Assembly: GCA_965645245.1 (NCBI GenBank)
Contig: OZ287076.1
Coordinates: forward strand, 1,612,001-1,676,000
From: Massalongia carnosa
Taxonomy: Eukaryota
Direction of reading: 5' to 3'
DNA length: 64,000 nucleotides
Shown here: piece after piece, positions 9,185 to 21,789 of the stretch
Layout: each line of letters opens with the position of its first letter
Position numbering within the stretch: the first letter of the stretch is position 1
Position numbers and translations under genes: made by a program
The notes under the pieces: model-generated
Databases searched by the model: none
What the model was told of the DNA's origin: nothing
The model's input: only the letters and a program-made list of their open reading frames with translations

Positions 9185-12075
9185 GACACGGAGCAGCATA
9201 GCAAACGGTCATTATAGACCATTCAATTCGATTGGTTTAACTGAAGTGGACTCGATCTGATTAACGAGTATGAACCTGGGGAGGTGGAACTTTTACAAAA
9301 AGCATCAAACTCGATTTCCAGCTTGCATCTGCCCCTCTGCCACTTCTGATGCTAGCTTATCTCGCCTGTTCCCTTGGAGCAGCAATTGGGTTCCATCCCT
9401 CGAATCAAATCGATTTCCCATATATCGGCGGTTTCATCATTCAAGTCGGCTATGGAAGTCAGGCGGCCGATAAGCAGCCACCCGCCTCCACATTTTCCGA
9501 GGCACATCTTACTTCGGACATACCATTTCATGCCCTCTTGGGTTGGATATAAAGCGCTCGCTAGGTTTAACTTCCGGCACGGGACGGGCGGCACTCTTCT
9601 CCCTCGGATCTTTCCTTCTCTTTTATCTTCTCCAGTCACCTCAAGACGGCTTCCCCAGCATTTTCCAGGCTATTGTCGCGGCTTCCCACAATTTTGCCGA
9701 AATATCACATACACTACTACATACATAAGCGATCTGAGCGTACTGCACCACTACTGCATAGCTACTGTGTGCATTGTGTTCCCGCACAGAGGAAAGGTGT
9801 GTTTCCTTTCTAACTGTTTGCTGCTGCTTTAAAGCATTCACTTCACAGAAGTATTGCGAGGCGTACTCTTTGTCTTCAATTTCACAGAAAGGGAGCGGAG
9901 GGATGGTCCGCCCAGGGTGGGTGAGGCAACTATCTAAGTGACTTGAATGGCATTGGGTCTGTATTATGGGAGCCTGCACAAAATCTCTGAAGCTGCCAGC
10001 CTTGCTTATCCAAAATACACATAAATTACGACAAGGAACCAAACTTGCTACGTACAAACAATCACGTGGCATGCTTCATTGGCTCGTAGCCCCTTGTTTC
10101 CTGTTTTACTTATCGTTGCCGTACCTCGCCCATAACCACTGAATTGAACCATTATGTTTCTTTTTAAGTACAATCACGCAATTTCCCAATACATACCTAC
10201 CTCTATACCATCCCTCTCTAGCGTCAGTTTCCCCTCACTATTCAATAGTCGTTTCGCAAATGTTTGTGCGAAGCAGCGGACTAGCTAATCTCCGGGACTT
10301 GAGCCAGAATGGAGAGGAGGTCATCCACCGTTCCTCGCACAACGTTTTTCGTGAACAAAATCAGGCCTTCCTTCATTCGTACCTTTGCCTTTTCATAACG
10401 CGACTATTTTGCGATTGGCTCGGCATTTGTGCAAAGGACAATGCTACGTCTAATTTTTTACAATGTGCCCGTATTGTGTCCTGATAGGTAGTCCGATTTC
10501 TAGGCTTCCTTGTGGCGGGCTTTTACTCAGCATACAGGCATGATCTCGGATTGCCATTTCTCTGTCTATTGTCCTTTCCTGTAATATGTGTGAGTATATC
10601 TGTATCTCTTACTCGGTTGATTTCTTTTCCAGTCTCATCGAGCCAGACCGCTGATCTCGATGAGTGTCGCTTGCGTGCTTTCACGGCTCTCGTCTTTCCC
10701 CTCTTCCACTAGTCTGCTCACCATGATTCATTTTGTTTTGCAAACGTCTTTCATACGATCGTTAGGTTCTTTCGGTGGGAGGATCCCATGTCAGTAGTAG
10801 TAGTAGTAGTTGTTGTTGTTGTTCGTTCCGAGGCTCGAGTTTTTCTTGCTCGCTTGTTGCATACCAAAAAGCCCCCCCACAGCTAATTATGCCTTTACCA
10901 CTAAGACCTTCGCTCCCTCGCTATATTCCACTTCCATCTTTCTTTCACACCTTTATCTCAGGTAAATAGAACTCCCTCCCTCAGAGAAAAATTCGCGGTA
11001 GGCTGTCCACATATCTACAGCTCATATAGCTCCTTGATGTGATTGTAAACGCTAGACCCACGATGTTGCCTTAAAAAGAAAACCTTGTAAAAGCATTTGT
11101 GTGAAATCGTAGTAGGGGATTAGCTGTGGACGTATTTTTTTCTTCTTTTTGTTGGTGGTAAGGCTTTTTTTTTTTTGAGTAGGGGATATAAATTCTTTTA
11201 GAGACGAAGGGGTTTTGGTTTGGGGGTGTATTTAAGAAGCTTCTTATTTCTATTCTTTCCTCCTCCCTTTCCATCATCACTCGTTTCATCTCTGTTTTTC
11301 CCACACTCTTTCTTTTCCAATCTCCCCTTTTCCCATGCTCTTCCTTATTCTCCCTGCAAATTTCAAAAATCCCTTTTAAAAACTCTTCATTGAACCACAC
11401 TTTCTGTCAGAATATTCCTAAACCTGAAGGATTTTACTTTCCCGCTTTCTTCCCTATAGATTGTCAAGTCTCAACTTTTCCCTGTTCGTTTGGGCCTGGT
11501 TACTTGCTTTTGGGGGTATGCGCTTGAAATAGGTATAGTCCACCTCAAGGCTATGGGATTTCAGAGGGATTTACGTAGTGAGTTAGTGGAGAGGGAGGTT
11601 GGGATGGGAGAAGTTGGACGGAGGAGTTGAGGGGCGGTGTAAGAGCTAGGGTTTAAAGGGCAGTAGGGCGGCAGGACGGACAGGGAGTGGGAAGTGACAC
11701 GGGGACTCGAATTTTATGAGATCGCTACGGTTGAGGAGAAAGTGGAAACACCCTCATATACCCCAAAAAACAGGCATCCATTCGCAACGGCTTCGGGGGA
11801 GTTAAATTCCTAACAATGATTATCGATGTAGTAGGGCTGAGGGTGACTGCGGCTGGTGAGCGGGGTAATGGGTAATGGGAGGTTGGGTAGTCAGAAAAGG
11901 GGAGGGGACTAAGGTAGGTAGGGCTGAATGAATGGCACGTGATAAATACGGGCATGTGTGTACATGTACGTAAGAATCTGTGCAGCTGCTGAGCAGTTGT
12001 TTCTTTCTTGCGAGAGTTTTCCATTTCATTATGTTAAGGATATAACATAAGTTAATAGGTTGCCCAATTGCAAGA

Positions 12076-15000
12076 ATGGGTGATTATTCCGCCCCAAGTA
12101 GTGTAGCAGCAAATACCTTTCTACCGGCAGAACGATCAGTGAGGGAAGGCATCTACTGGGGTTGGCCGCCTTCCGGAAGCTTTGCCTCCTTTGTCTGTCG
12201 TTTTGCACATCTTGAAAAACATAATCGAGTGGATCATTCGGTCTTCTTTGATGCTGACAACGAGGTTTTTGGTCCACGGATCCATCTTGGCGAAGGTGCA
12301 TTATTTCGTGTAGAAAGATCCGAATGGAGGAAAACAGAGCCTAGCAAGCCACTTTCGGAGAATGAGAGGAAAAGAGGAAAATATGTGGCCCTCAAGGGGG
12401 CATTGCCAGGGCCGCGAGGGCAGTGGAGTGATGTGTGGCTAGAAGTTCGGGCGCTCCTTCACAAACCACTACGATACCATCCGAATATAGTTCACCTACT
12501 AGGACTTAGATGGGGCACAATATCTGGCAATGACTCCATATGTCCTATTCTAATCATGGAATATGCACAAGGAGGTTCGCTCCTCTCTTTGCAGGAGAAT
12601 AACCCTAGGTTACCATTTGTGATGAAGCAAAAGCTTTGTCATGATGTGGCAAAAGGTCTTTCGATTCTGCATGCGTGTGGAATTGTTCATGGAGACTTGA
12701 GAAGTGAAAATGTTTTGATTTTCCAAAACCATCAACCGGAAGTTTCATATACGGCGAAGTTGGCGGATTTTGGCGGATCAGTTGGGGACACCACTAAAGA
12801 AAGGGCAAACTCGCTTCAACTGGGAACTTGGCCCTACACGCCACCGGATACTCCTGAAAACAGACTAGATGTGCTTTCAGGGGGCGATTGGACCTACACG
12901 CCACCGATAGAGACATGCTATCGGTTAATTGAGGGTGTCAAGCAGGCCGACGTATACTCTTTTGGGCTGCTTGTATGGAGGACAATTATTGATGGTCAAA
13001 GCATTTTGGATGTTTCTGAACTAAAGAACAAGACGACTCTAGAAATCCAAGGGATGAAATTGAGCGATCACTTTGGGGCTATTGCCGAGAAAAGCATCCG
13101 AAGCCACGGTGCCGCGCCAGTTCTATCTGAAAATGAGCTTAACGTCATATTTTATGTCCTTGACAATACCATTCAGACGGAGCCAACAAAGCGAAGCCTT
13201 GCGAAAGTATCGGCTGCCCTGAAAGGCATAGAGTAAGTAAAATGAACACCCAATGTGGCTAAACCCTGACTCTGCTAGCATTTATGCCATCGAGGACTTC
13301 CTCGGGAATATTAGGAGAAACGAGATAGCGAAAGAAACTACCCAGGAGAAGGATCCGGAAAGAGACGAGGTGGACGGGGACGGCATATGTTACTCTTTGG
13401 GGGAGTTGGTGGACAATGACGATGCTCAAGAAGACTGTACTGGATATCGTCTTGGACTAGATCATCTTGATACTGAAAATACGCTTTTTGAACCAAATAA
13501 CCTCAAGGCCATCTTAAGCTGGGAGCAGCAGAACAAGATGGTTTCTGATTTCGTAAATGCTGCAACTGGTGCGATAACGGATTCCTTACTGGAGTTGAAA
13601 CCTGGGACGGCAGCATATTATCTATTTCAGTGCCATCTTACCGAATTCGGGGTCCTTTTTGATGCTACAAAAGTCTGTTACTGGCTTGCTCGAGCAGCTA
13701 CCTCGGAACATGAAGGTGGTGTCTGTAACTACGCAAAGGCCTGGCTTTGGCGTATTGAGAATGTTTACCATTTTCAACCAGACATCTCGTCAGATGCCCT
13801 TCGCAGATTAATGGGCGACTCGATAATCAGAGGTCATCGAACCTGCATTCAAGATATTGGAATCATCATACAAGATTCTGAACTGTCAACTGAAGAGGAA
13901 AGAAATGCATGGAGAGAGACGCTGAACAAGTCTACGAAGTCGCTGTATACCTCCGGTGGAGCAGTTAGAATGCCTTACTTTCCAGCTAGGATTATGCGCC
14001 AAGATTACTGCCTTCATGATTTAGAGATATTGGACGGTGAAGTTGAAGCACAGTTGGGAGCTGATTATGCAGCTTCATTGAGTTTTGGATTGCCCTGGGA
14101 TATCCAGCTTGAGTCTGAGACAACTGGGTGGCGGACATTTGATAAGATCTATGTCAACCAATGTGGGCATGGGCTGCTTCATTATGCAGCATCGATGGGA
14201 AAACTTATAGCACTGAAGCACCTAGTAACGAAATATAAGGCTAATATCAACCTTCCAAGTCGAACACTTTCCGAATCTCCGTTAATGTGCGCCTGTATTA
14301 GCGGTCATTTAGACTGCGCGGTCTTCCTACTCGAACGTGGAGCTGATCCTTCCGTTAGTACACAAACAATGGAGACTCCAATGCACTGGCTCTGTAACTT
14401 TGACGAGGATGCGATACCTGTTATTGCAAAAAAGCTTAGGGATGCTGGTGTCTCTATTGATACCCCTTGTCATGGTGAACGAGAAGATAGGGGCCCTATC
14501 TGGACTGATTGGGAGAAACTGTATTCGGTCCCTGTCACTCCTTTAGGCAGGGCCGTGATTTTGAAAAGCTTGCCGGCTATAAGAGCGCTCCTTGCACTGG
14601 GCGCGGATCCTCTAGCAAGGCCGAAATGGGGCGAGAATGGCAAACCCGCCAGATCGGCAATTGAGCTCGCCGCAGTCTTGACGCTGCCACATATATTGGA
14701 GGTTCTTCTGACTTATGTTGATGCAAGATCAGGGGTGAGACCTAGGATATTCAATGAGTATGAGATGCTTCGGGCGGCTCATAACAAAATCATCACCCCT
14801 TGTGATACACTTTCGCTCCAGAGCAGGCTGGTTCGATGCGGAAAGAACTATAGACATGATTTGTGGCTAACTCTGCAGATGTTGCGAAAACGAGAACAAG
14901 AGTTGAAAAGCTGGCAAGATGGAGACGAGTCTAGAACCGAAGGCCGCCTGTTGTGTGAAGAGGTTAGTCTCGGTGAAATAGACATTGTGGAAATGTTGCT

Positions 15001-16495
15001 TGGGCTAGGACACAGTGCGAATGGATCTCCAGAATACCGACCCATAGTTGAGGCAGTGAAACTGAACCATGAAATCATGTTTCGCCTCCTCGTCAATCAC
15101 GGTGCCGAAGTTTCTGCAAAAGTGGAATCCAACGGACGTCAACTGTCGTTGCTTCAATTATCTGCCAGCCGCCCAAGAACTTCTCGATCGGGCTGCGCTA
15201 TTGCGGAAGATCTGTTATGTGCAGGTGTGGCAATTGATCCGATTTGTGATGGGACCTGTCCTGCCTTTGCCTTGGCTGTAAAGAATCAAGATTTCGAGCT
15301 TGCCGATCTCCTTCTCGCGTATGGAGCCGATGTCAACGCAACATATCAAAGTGTTCTTGGAGGCAATTGGATCACAGTTTTGGAGGAGTTAGGCCAGGAT
15401 CATTTCAAGAAGAAAATTTCACAGAGCAGTAAGAGACTCCAGTCAAGACTTTTGATTCTAGAAGACCCTATGGATGGTGCTTTGCCGCCGCACCTGGAAG
15501 CGGGTCGACAGAATAGTGTAACAAACACATCACTGCCAAACCGAATCATTGAAACCCCCTCTGGAGGGGACCCATCGGGAAACGTAAAATCGGAAGTGAT
15601 CCGGCAACTTGATGAATCAAAAGAAGAAATCAATCCTGAACTAATAGAAACTCCAAGTACAACCCTTTCAGACCCACTTCCTCGATCTTTTTCAAGCATA
15701 GAACCCAAGAAAGACGACGCCGTTTTACGACAAGTCTCTACGTCTACACTAAATGTAGATGATTCCTCGTGCAAATCAGGCAAAACAGAAGTCGAAGCAA
15801 ACCCTCCACCCGAGAATCAGCCACTGATAATCAACTCGGACGAGTCCAATCACACAATCCCTCCATCGCCCTCTCCCGTCACATCACCTACCCAGAATCC
15901 TCCCGGCCAACCCCTTCCGCCCGGCTGGGAAATGCGCCCCGATTGCACCGGCCGCATCTACTACCTAAACCACAACACCAAAACCACCACTTGGCTCCGC
16001 CCCAACTCAAGCGACGAAGGCACCCAAGAGCTCCTTCCCGCAGGGTGGGAGGTCAGGATCTCGGAACCGGCCGGTCGGCTTTATTACATTGATCACAATT
16101 CCAAAACCACAACCTGGGAGCCCCCCAGCTCACAGGATTCGGCAACCAAGCCGAACCTCCCCACTGGGTGGGAGAAGAGAAGAACGGAAAAGGGGAGGCA
16201 GTATTTCGTGGACCATAACACCAGAACTTGCTATTGGGACTTGCCTGCCTCGGTCTTGGCCTCGGTGCCTCCTCATCCTGCAGCAGCAGCCGCTGATGCA
16301 GAGAAGGGGAATCTGCAAGATGGCGACGACAAGGGAGAAGATTCCAAACCTTCAGGGACTGGGGCTGCGGTGTCCGAATTAGGGATGTTGGTGGAAACTC
16401 CCGCTGCGGCTGGGGAATTTGGAGTGAGAGCGGAAACGGAGCTGGAGCGATTAACGAGAGAGCTTATGAAGGCTATGGGGAAGGGGAGTTTGTGA
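12076..16495 (+). CDS. Protein kinase - helical region - ankyrin repeats - 3x WW domain protein (~1457 aa; one 46-nt intron 13233-13278)
   Basis: Kinase motifs LGEGALFRV, VALK, HPNIVHLLG, HGDLRSEN, ADFGG, DVYSFG. Intron GTAAGT...CTGAC...CTAG fuses the two ORFs in frame (GA|C ATT TAT). Ankyrin repeats (LLHYAA, ESPLMCAC...GADP, TPLGRAV) and three LPxGWE...Y(Y/F)xxHN...W..P WW domains. Confidence 0.88.
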
Positions 16496-16540
16496 TGCGG
16501 TCCCCGGCCCCGGGGGGGAATGGAGGGGGGTTTGAGCAGG

Positions 16541-16579
16541 GTTAAGCAGGGATGAGCTTAACTACTTGTTTCGGCGGCG
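16541..16579 (+). repeat. 39-bp element, copy 1 (perfect inverted match to 23909-23947)
   Basis: GTTAAGCAGGGATGAGCTTAACTACTTGTTTCGGCGGCG. Confidence 0.9.
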
Positions 16580-17161
16580 GGAGACGAGGGGATGACATTG
16601 TTGGCTAATAGATAAGGGGCAAGGAAGGAAGAAGTGAGCCTGTTGATGCTATATTTCGGGTTTTATGTAGGTATTTCTATCTATCTACTTATCTATCATA
16701 CTCTTTCTTGGTTGGGGGATTAGATATTCGAGCCGAATTAGTTGGCAATTTTCGTTTCCGATCGGTTTAACTGGATGATTGATTGATTTGTTAATGTGTG
16801 AAACCTTCCCCCCCCCCCAAAAAGGGAGAAACAACATGTAAAGCCCCAATGGGGGCTAAATAACAATAAACCAACACACGTTATAAAACCCTTTCCATTC
16901 CCGCCTCTCGTACTCAACTTGATCAAATGGGCAAAACTCAAAAACCCCAAACCCCAGAACCACAATGTGGGAGACTACACAACTAGCTACCTGCATACAT
17001 CATCCCTACCTCCCTTTACTAGCTTCCCTTGTCTTCTCCTCCCCTCTTCCCGCCTCCCTTCCATACAGAAGATACACCCACAATTCCCCCTCTTGCCAGC
17101 TCTTACGCCTTGAGCTCCAGGACCAAAGAAAAGTAACCAAGCAAGCGACTACCCTTTAAGA

Positions 17162-17330
17162 TCGGGCTAGGCTAGGCTAGCTAGCCCAGCCAGCCAGTAA
17201 AGACTAGTCTAGACTAGTCAGTCAGTCTGCTATTCGATCGATCGATCGATCAACGGATCAGAGAGAAGATAGGTAGGTAGATATCTAACCTAGAAACTAT
17301 CGCCTGTCTAAGGATAGATAGATGTGAATG
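17162..17330. repeat. Low-complexity mixed short tandem repeats (GGCTA, CTAG, CAGC, AGTC, GATC, GATA)
   Basis: Runs such as GGCTAGGCTAGGCTAGCTAG, GACTAGTCTAGACTAGTCAGTCAGTC, CGATCGATCGATCGATC. Confidence 0.7.
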
Positions 17331-18001
17331 AATGATTTGTAGCGAAGAGGAGAAGATAGTTAGATAGATCCAGTCGAAGGCTCGAGCAAACGGCCACTCG
17401 TTAGGTTAAGATTTAGAGATAGATCGGGCCCCTCTCCCCTCCCCTGGCAAGAGTTGGTAGGAATGGTGGGAGAATTACCGCAAAGCCAGATTTAGGAAAA
17501 GAAGATTGGTGCTGGGGGGAAGGGAATCGGCGGCTCTATATAACTTCGCCTCCTATGTCTTCCGTCAGCTCTAGAATTCTGAAAGAGAGGACGTTTGCCG
17601 CATTGTTTGCGAGTATAGAAAAATCTCAATAGATTGGACACGTACATGCTGTTCTTTAAGGTTATTATTCCAAGTCTCGCTTACTCACTCTTAAAATTTG
17701 AAGATATAAAAAGCGAAGTTTAAAGTTTTTCGTAATAAGCTTCATAAAGCGCTGAAGGAGAGTGTCTATGCGCTAGATTCCAAGAAAGAAAAAGAAAAGT
17801 GCACGAGATCACTTTTTCCTTACGAGACTTGGTGTATAAGACGTACAGGGTGATACTAACTGAAAGTGGGAGGAAGAAACTGGACGACAGGTAAAGCCCT
17901 ACCGGTATTTTGGCCTACTTTCCCGCCTTATAGAATAGGGGGCCAGTCCGCATTCTTTTTCCTTCCTATTCTCTAGTATGATTGCCTTCTAGTCGTTTAG
18001 C

Positions 18002-19723
18002 TTAATTGGCTTCCTGAGACTTGATTGCAACTGATTTCTTTAGTTGCTGCCGCTTCACCCTTAGACCGTCGCTGTCAACCTCCACCTCTTCATCCTTGGC
18101 TCCGTCAATTTCTCTGAACACCTCTAGAGCTTCAGCCGCAGTTGGACGCTGATGCACCGACCAGGCAAGCATTCGTTGTACAATCTTGAGAAAAGATACA
18201 TCTATGGTGGCTTTATTCGTATTAGCTTCATGTATCTTGCGTTCAAGATCCTGGCAAATGGCCTTGTACAGGTGGGCCGTCATGCAGTAATTGAACATGG
18301 CTTTGCCACTATATATAGTATAAGCAGACACTCCTAGTGTCCATACATCAACCTTTCGCCCATAAGGCGGTGGTAGTGAGAGGTTCGTCTTTCTAAGTCT
18401 CCTCTCCCTATCCGACTCTTTCAATGCAACAATTTCAGGAGCAAGATAGCTTAAGGTACCCTGCAGATGGTTTGTCAACGTCTCATCACGGGTGGCAGAG
18501 TCGAGATCAAGAATAACACATCTGGGAGGATAGAGACCAGCGACGCCAAGATTGCTGGGCTTGATGTCTCGGTGCATCACACCCTTTTCTTCGTGTAAAA
18601 ATGCTAAACTAGCGAGGTATTCCCGAACAATGTTACTTTAACTTGGGTCGTAAAAGCGAAACTTTTCTTATTTGGTAAATCATGTAGCCTACAAGACGCC
18701 AATGGCTGGTATATACAATAAGCTTCTGGAATCAACGCGGAGGGTCTAGCATAACAGTCAAGAAGCTCGAGGATATTGGGCTTGCTTGAACATTAGTCAG
18801 CTCATGGTGATGCAAGTTGCGCTTACGTGTTGACCGATATGAGCCATCATTTTTCTATGTGCGCTCAACTCCGCTACCTTCGGCTTGTTGAATTTCTTGA
18901 CGGCAATCAGTTTGCCATCTTCCCGTGGACCCGCTGTCACCACTCCAAATGTTCCTTTTGCAAAAGCCCCCAGATGCCAGGAATACGCACACAATGTCAT
19001 TTTTGGGTCATCGGTGCTCGAGCCAAGCAGCGCCGATAAGCTTTTCCAGGTCACACCATGAGTTTTCTTCATATACCTCTCAAGCTGTTCTTCATATTCT
19101 TCGGAGCGAGCGAAATCTTTTTGCTGAAAACTATAGACGCAATCGCCAATTCGAATCTCATCTTCCCATGAAAGTTGTCTCTGAAAGGGTCTTGTAGACT
19201 GGGAGAGCGCAACATTGTCCACAATTTTTGTATGGCGAGCGCGTAGTACCAGGCGAGATGATTCCTCATGGGGAAGGATAAGGGCATGTATACCGGCGAT
19301 GCCTGGGACTTTTTTGGGACCACTTAGCAAGATATCGACTTACCTGGCTCCTAAGCTGCGTCTATCTCCTAGGTCCCATCCTTTTTTAGAATATCTCGGA
19401 GGGTTGCTGAGTTTAAAATGATGTCCTCCTTGATATCGAATAGGTTGGGTCTCAGGGCCGATAGCAATCTCGGCAGTGTCGCTATCAGTAAACACACTTG
19501 TAGCACTAACCGATTCATGACGAACGGGTTCTATGGTCATATTCCGGCTTGCGTAGGCGAACAAGGCTGGATTGAGTTTGATGGCATCAACCGCATGATC
19601 GAAGGCAAAGCGAGCCTCGCGGTTGAATGGCTCAAGATACGCAAATGACTGCAATGAAAACGCATCAATAGGACTTTTTTGCCCTTCTGATCCGTCCAGC
19701 TCGTTTGACGGATCTCCTGGCAT
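18002..19723 (-). pseudogene. Ser/Thr protein kinase with probable FHA-like N-terminal region; pseudogene
   Basis: One frame runs ...RSLGAR*VDILLSGP (TAA at 19340-19342). Kinase motifs AKGTFGVV, IAVKKF, an intron (about 18781-18826), PNILELL, then a 1-nt frameshift near 18625 before EYLASLAFLH-HRDIKPSN, GTLSYLAPE, KVDVW, RPTAAEAL. Confidence 0.8.
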
Positions 19724-20180
19724 CCTCCCTTGTTAAAAAAAAGCACTCTACCAAATCAAACAAACAAATACTCTATTAAACTTGCAGCGTTACAAGATTA
19801 TTGAACTCATCAGCAGCGGTAGTAAACAAAAAGCTGTGGCTTCAGTACGCAGTGTTGGTTACATAGTACTCTGTACATCGGGTGGGGTAGCACGGGTAGT
19901 TAGTTACGGAGTAGCCCACCTCCAATCTACACTGAATCACAAACGTATCACAAATGTGTCACGAACAGGTCACGAACATGCCACGAACTGGTGGTGAGGT
20001 GGTCTGCTGGTATTAGGCTGCTCTGAAGACCTGAGTTAATAGCTGAAGGGCTAAGGAGAAGGTGGCTCTCGTCGATAAAACGCAAAGGTTATGGATTCGA
20101 TTCATCATTACAGAGTATCATGTAGTGCTATCAAATGTCAGAACGTATCACGAGCATATCACGTGATTTTATCGACAGTA

Positions 20181-21789
20181 CGAAGGATGACGCCGAAAGT
20201 CCTTGCTAACGCTAAATATGCAGCTAAAAAAGCCACTTTACATGGGTATATTTGTATGGATAGATATTTATTAAATATCAATCCTTCGAATAATCGCAGG
20301 AAGCTATTCAGAATTATCACCATCATCATCTTTATCACTTACACTCGTCGCTGTCAGTGCTTTCTCGTTTGAGATGAGCGCGATGATATCGAACACGGCG
20401 ATCTTCTTTATTATACGGTCGTAGGACTCCGATCTCTCTACCTTCTCTATACTCGTTACCTCCGTCCAACAATATCACCTCGTCAACATGTCGCTTTATA
20501 CGTTCAATCCAGGACTGAATTCTTTTCTGCGTCAACTCCTCCGTCCAGCACTTTGTCTAGGCCTTTTCAGCCTCAATACGAGTCCGCGGAGCAGGTAATC
20601 GAGTGGTTCTTCGCTTCATCCAGAACCAGCAAGGCTCGATCATGTCCAGATCAGGAGAATTTCCAGGCCATAACAGACGCATGACGTTGAAATCTATAAA
20701 GATCAGATTTTGATGTTTGGATGCGTGACTGGGGGCCTTGTCTTCCTGTACGATAGTATTTGGTCGATCTATCATACATTCTTTTGCAAACGGAAGAAGC
20801 TTAGGTATTAAGACGAGTTTTTCATAACGATACCAGTCTACTCCTCCCTTGCCATCTCGAACGACTTTACCGTGTGTTTTATCCCATTTCCAGATAGGTT
20901 TTCGACCTCCTGGATTACGTAGCTTCATTCGTCTCATGCTTGTTTCTAACTCCCAATTCTCTTTAGCTTCTGATTCTAAAGTCTTATTGAGTTTATCTAG
21001 CTCAATTTGAGCCTCTCTTTTCTCTTTTGCGGTCTCTGTTTTTCAGATATGAAAAGGTCCTTTCTTATCGTACGAAAAACAGCCCCAAAACAAAAACTCG
21101 GAGCATCCTTTCCATCTACGTCGAATACACGTTTTACCATAAATTTCTTTCGAGGTACGCCACTGAAGTCTTCTTCCACGTCTATAACCCAATATAATAC
21201 TTGTTTTGTCAGTCCATATAACGTTCTTCCAATTATCAATAGTCTAGTGCTGATATTGCAAACAAAATTGCAGATGAGCCTCTTTCATGATCGAATCTAG
21301 ACCTGGTTTTTTCGTGCTTTTACAGGGGCGAAACCCATTCTGTTTAAGCGTACGAAGTATAGTAGTGGAGGAGAGTTTATGATCAAAGCCAATCATAGCT
21401 GATGATTTTTCTCCGCTATTTCGATCTTACACTACATTATTCAATATAGCTTGCTCTACCTCTAGTGTAACCTTTTTAGGTCGTCCTGAACGAGGTGCAT
21501 CTTCTATATATTCTACTTTTAAAATACGAGATACAGCTGGATCCTATCCACGCTGTCGTGCTTTGATTTTGAGAGCTGAAATCGATCTTGTGGAGACTCA
21601 AGTCACTGCTTGCACGGTTTTCGCAGCAATTCCGTGTTCTACAAGCGCTAAAGCCTGTATTCTTTGTGCAATCGTGAGACTATTGCTCTGTGCATTGGGC
21701 ATGATAATGATGATGATTAAAACTTTCTACTGAATATCAGATGTAGTATTACTGTCTTTTTGACGACGGACTTTCAGCGTCATCCTTCG
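20181..21789 (-). mobile_element. Tc1/mariner (DD34E) DNA transposon, decayed
   Basis: 22-bp TIRs CGAAGGATGACGC(C/T)GAAAGTCC at 20181-20202 and 21768-21789 (1 mismatch), with TA on both flanks (20179-80, 21790-91). Confidence 0.93.
20335..21702 (-). pseudogene. Tc1-like transposase with multiple in-frame stops
   Basis: HTH region with PRSGRP, WKNVIWTD(K)TS, and QEDKAPSH-...-WPGNSPDLDMIE (34 residues between D and E). At least five TAG/TAA/TGA codons in frame. Confidence 0.9.

Noticed and set aside
9270..12030. Many short ORFs between otubain and the kinase gene
   Set aside because: Low-complexity intergenic/UTR sequence with no motifs or consistent splice pattern.
7526..16495. Otubain plus WW-kinase as a ubiquitin-signalling cluster
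   Set aside because: Adjacency only; 2.9 kb apart and no evidence of linkage.
17844..17870. TACAGGGTG... resembling a Tc1/mariner TIR start
   Set aside because: No matching inverted copy found.
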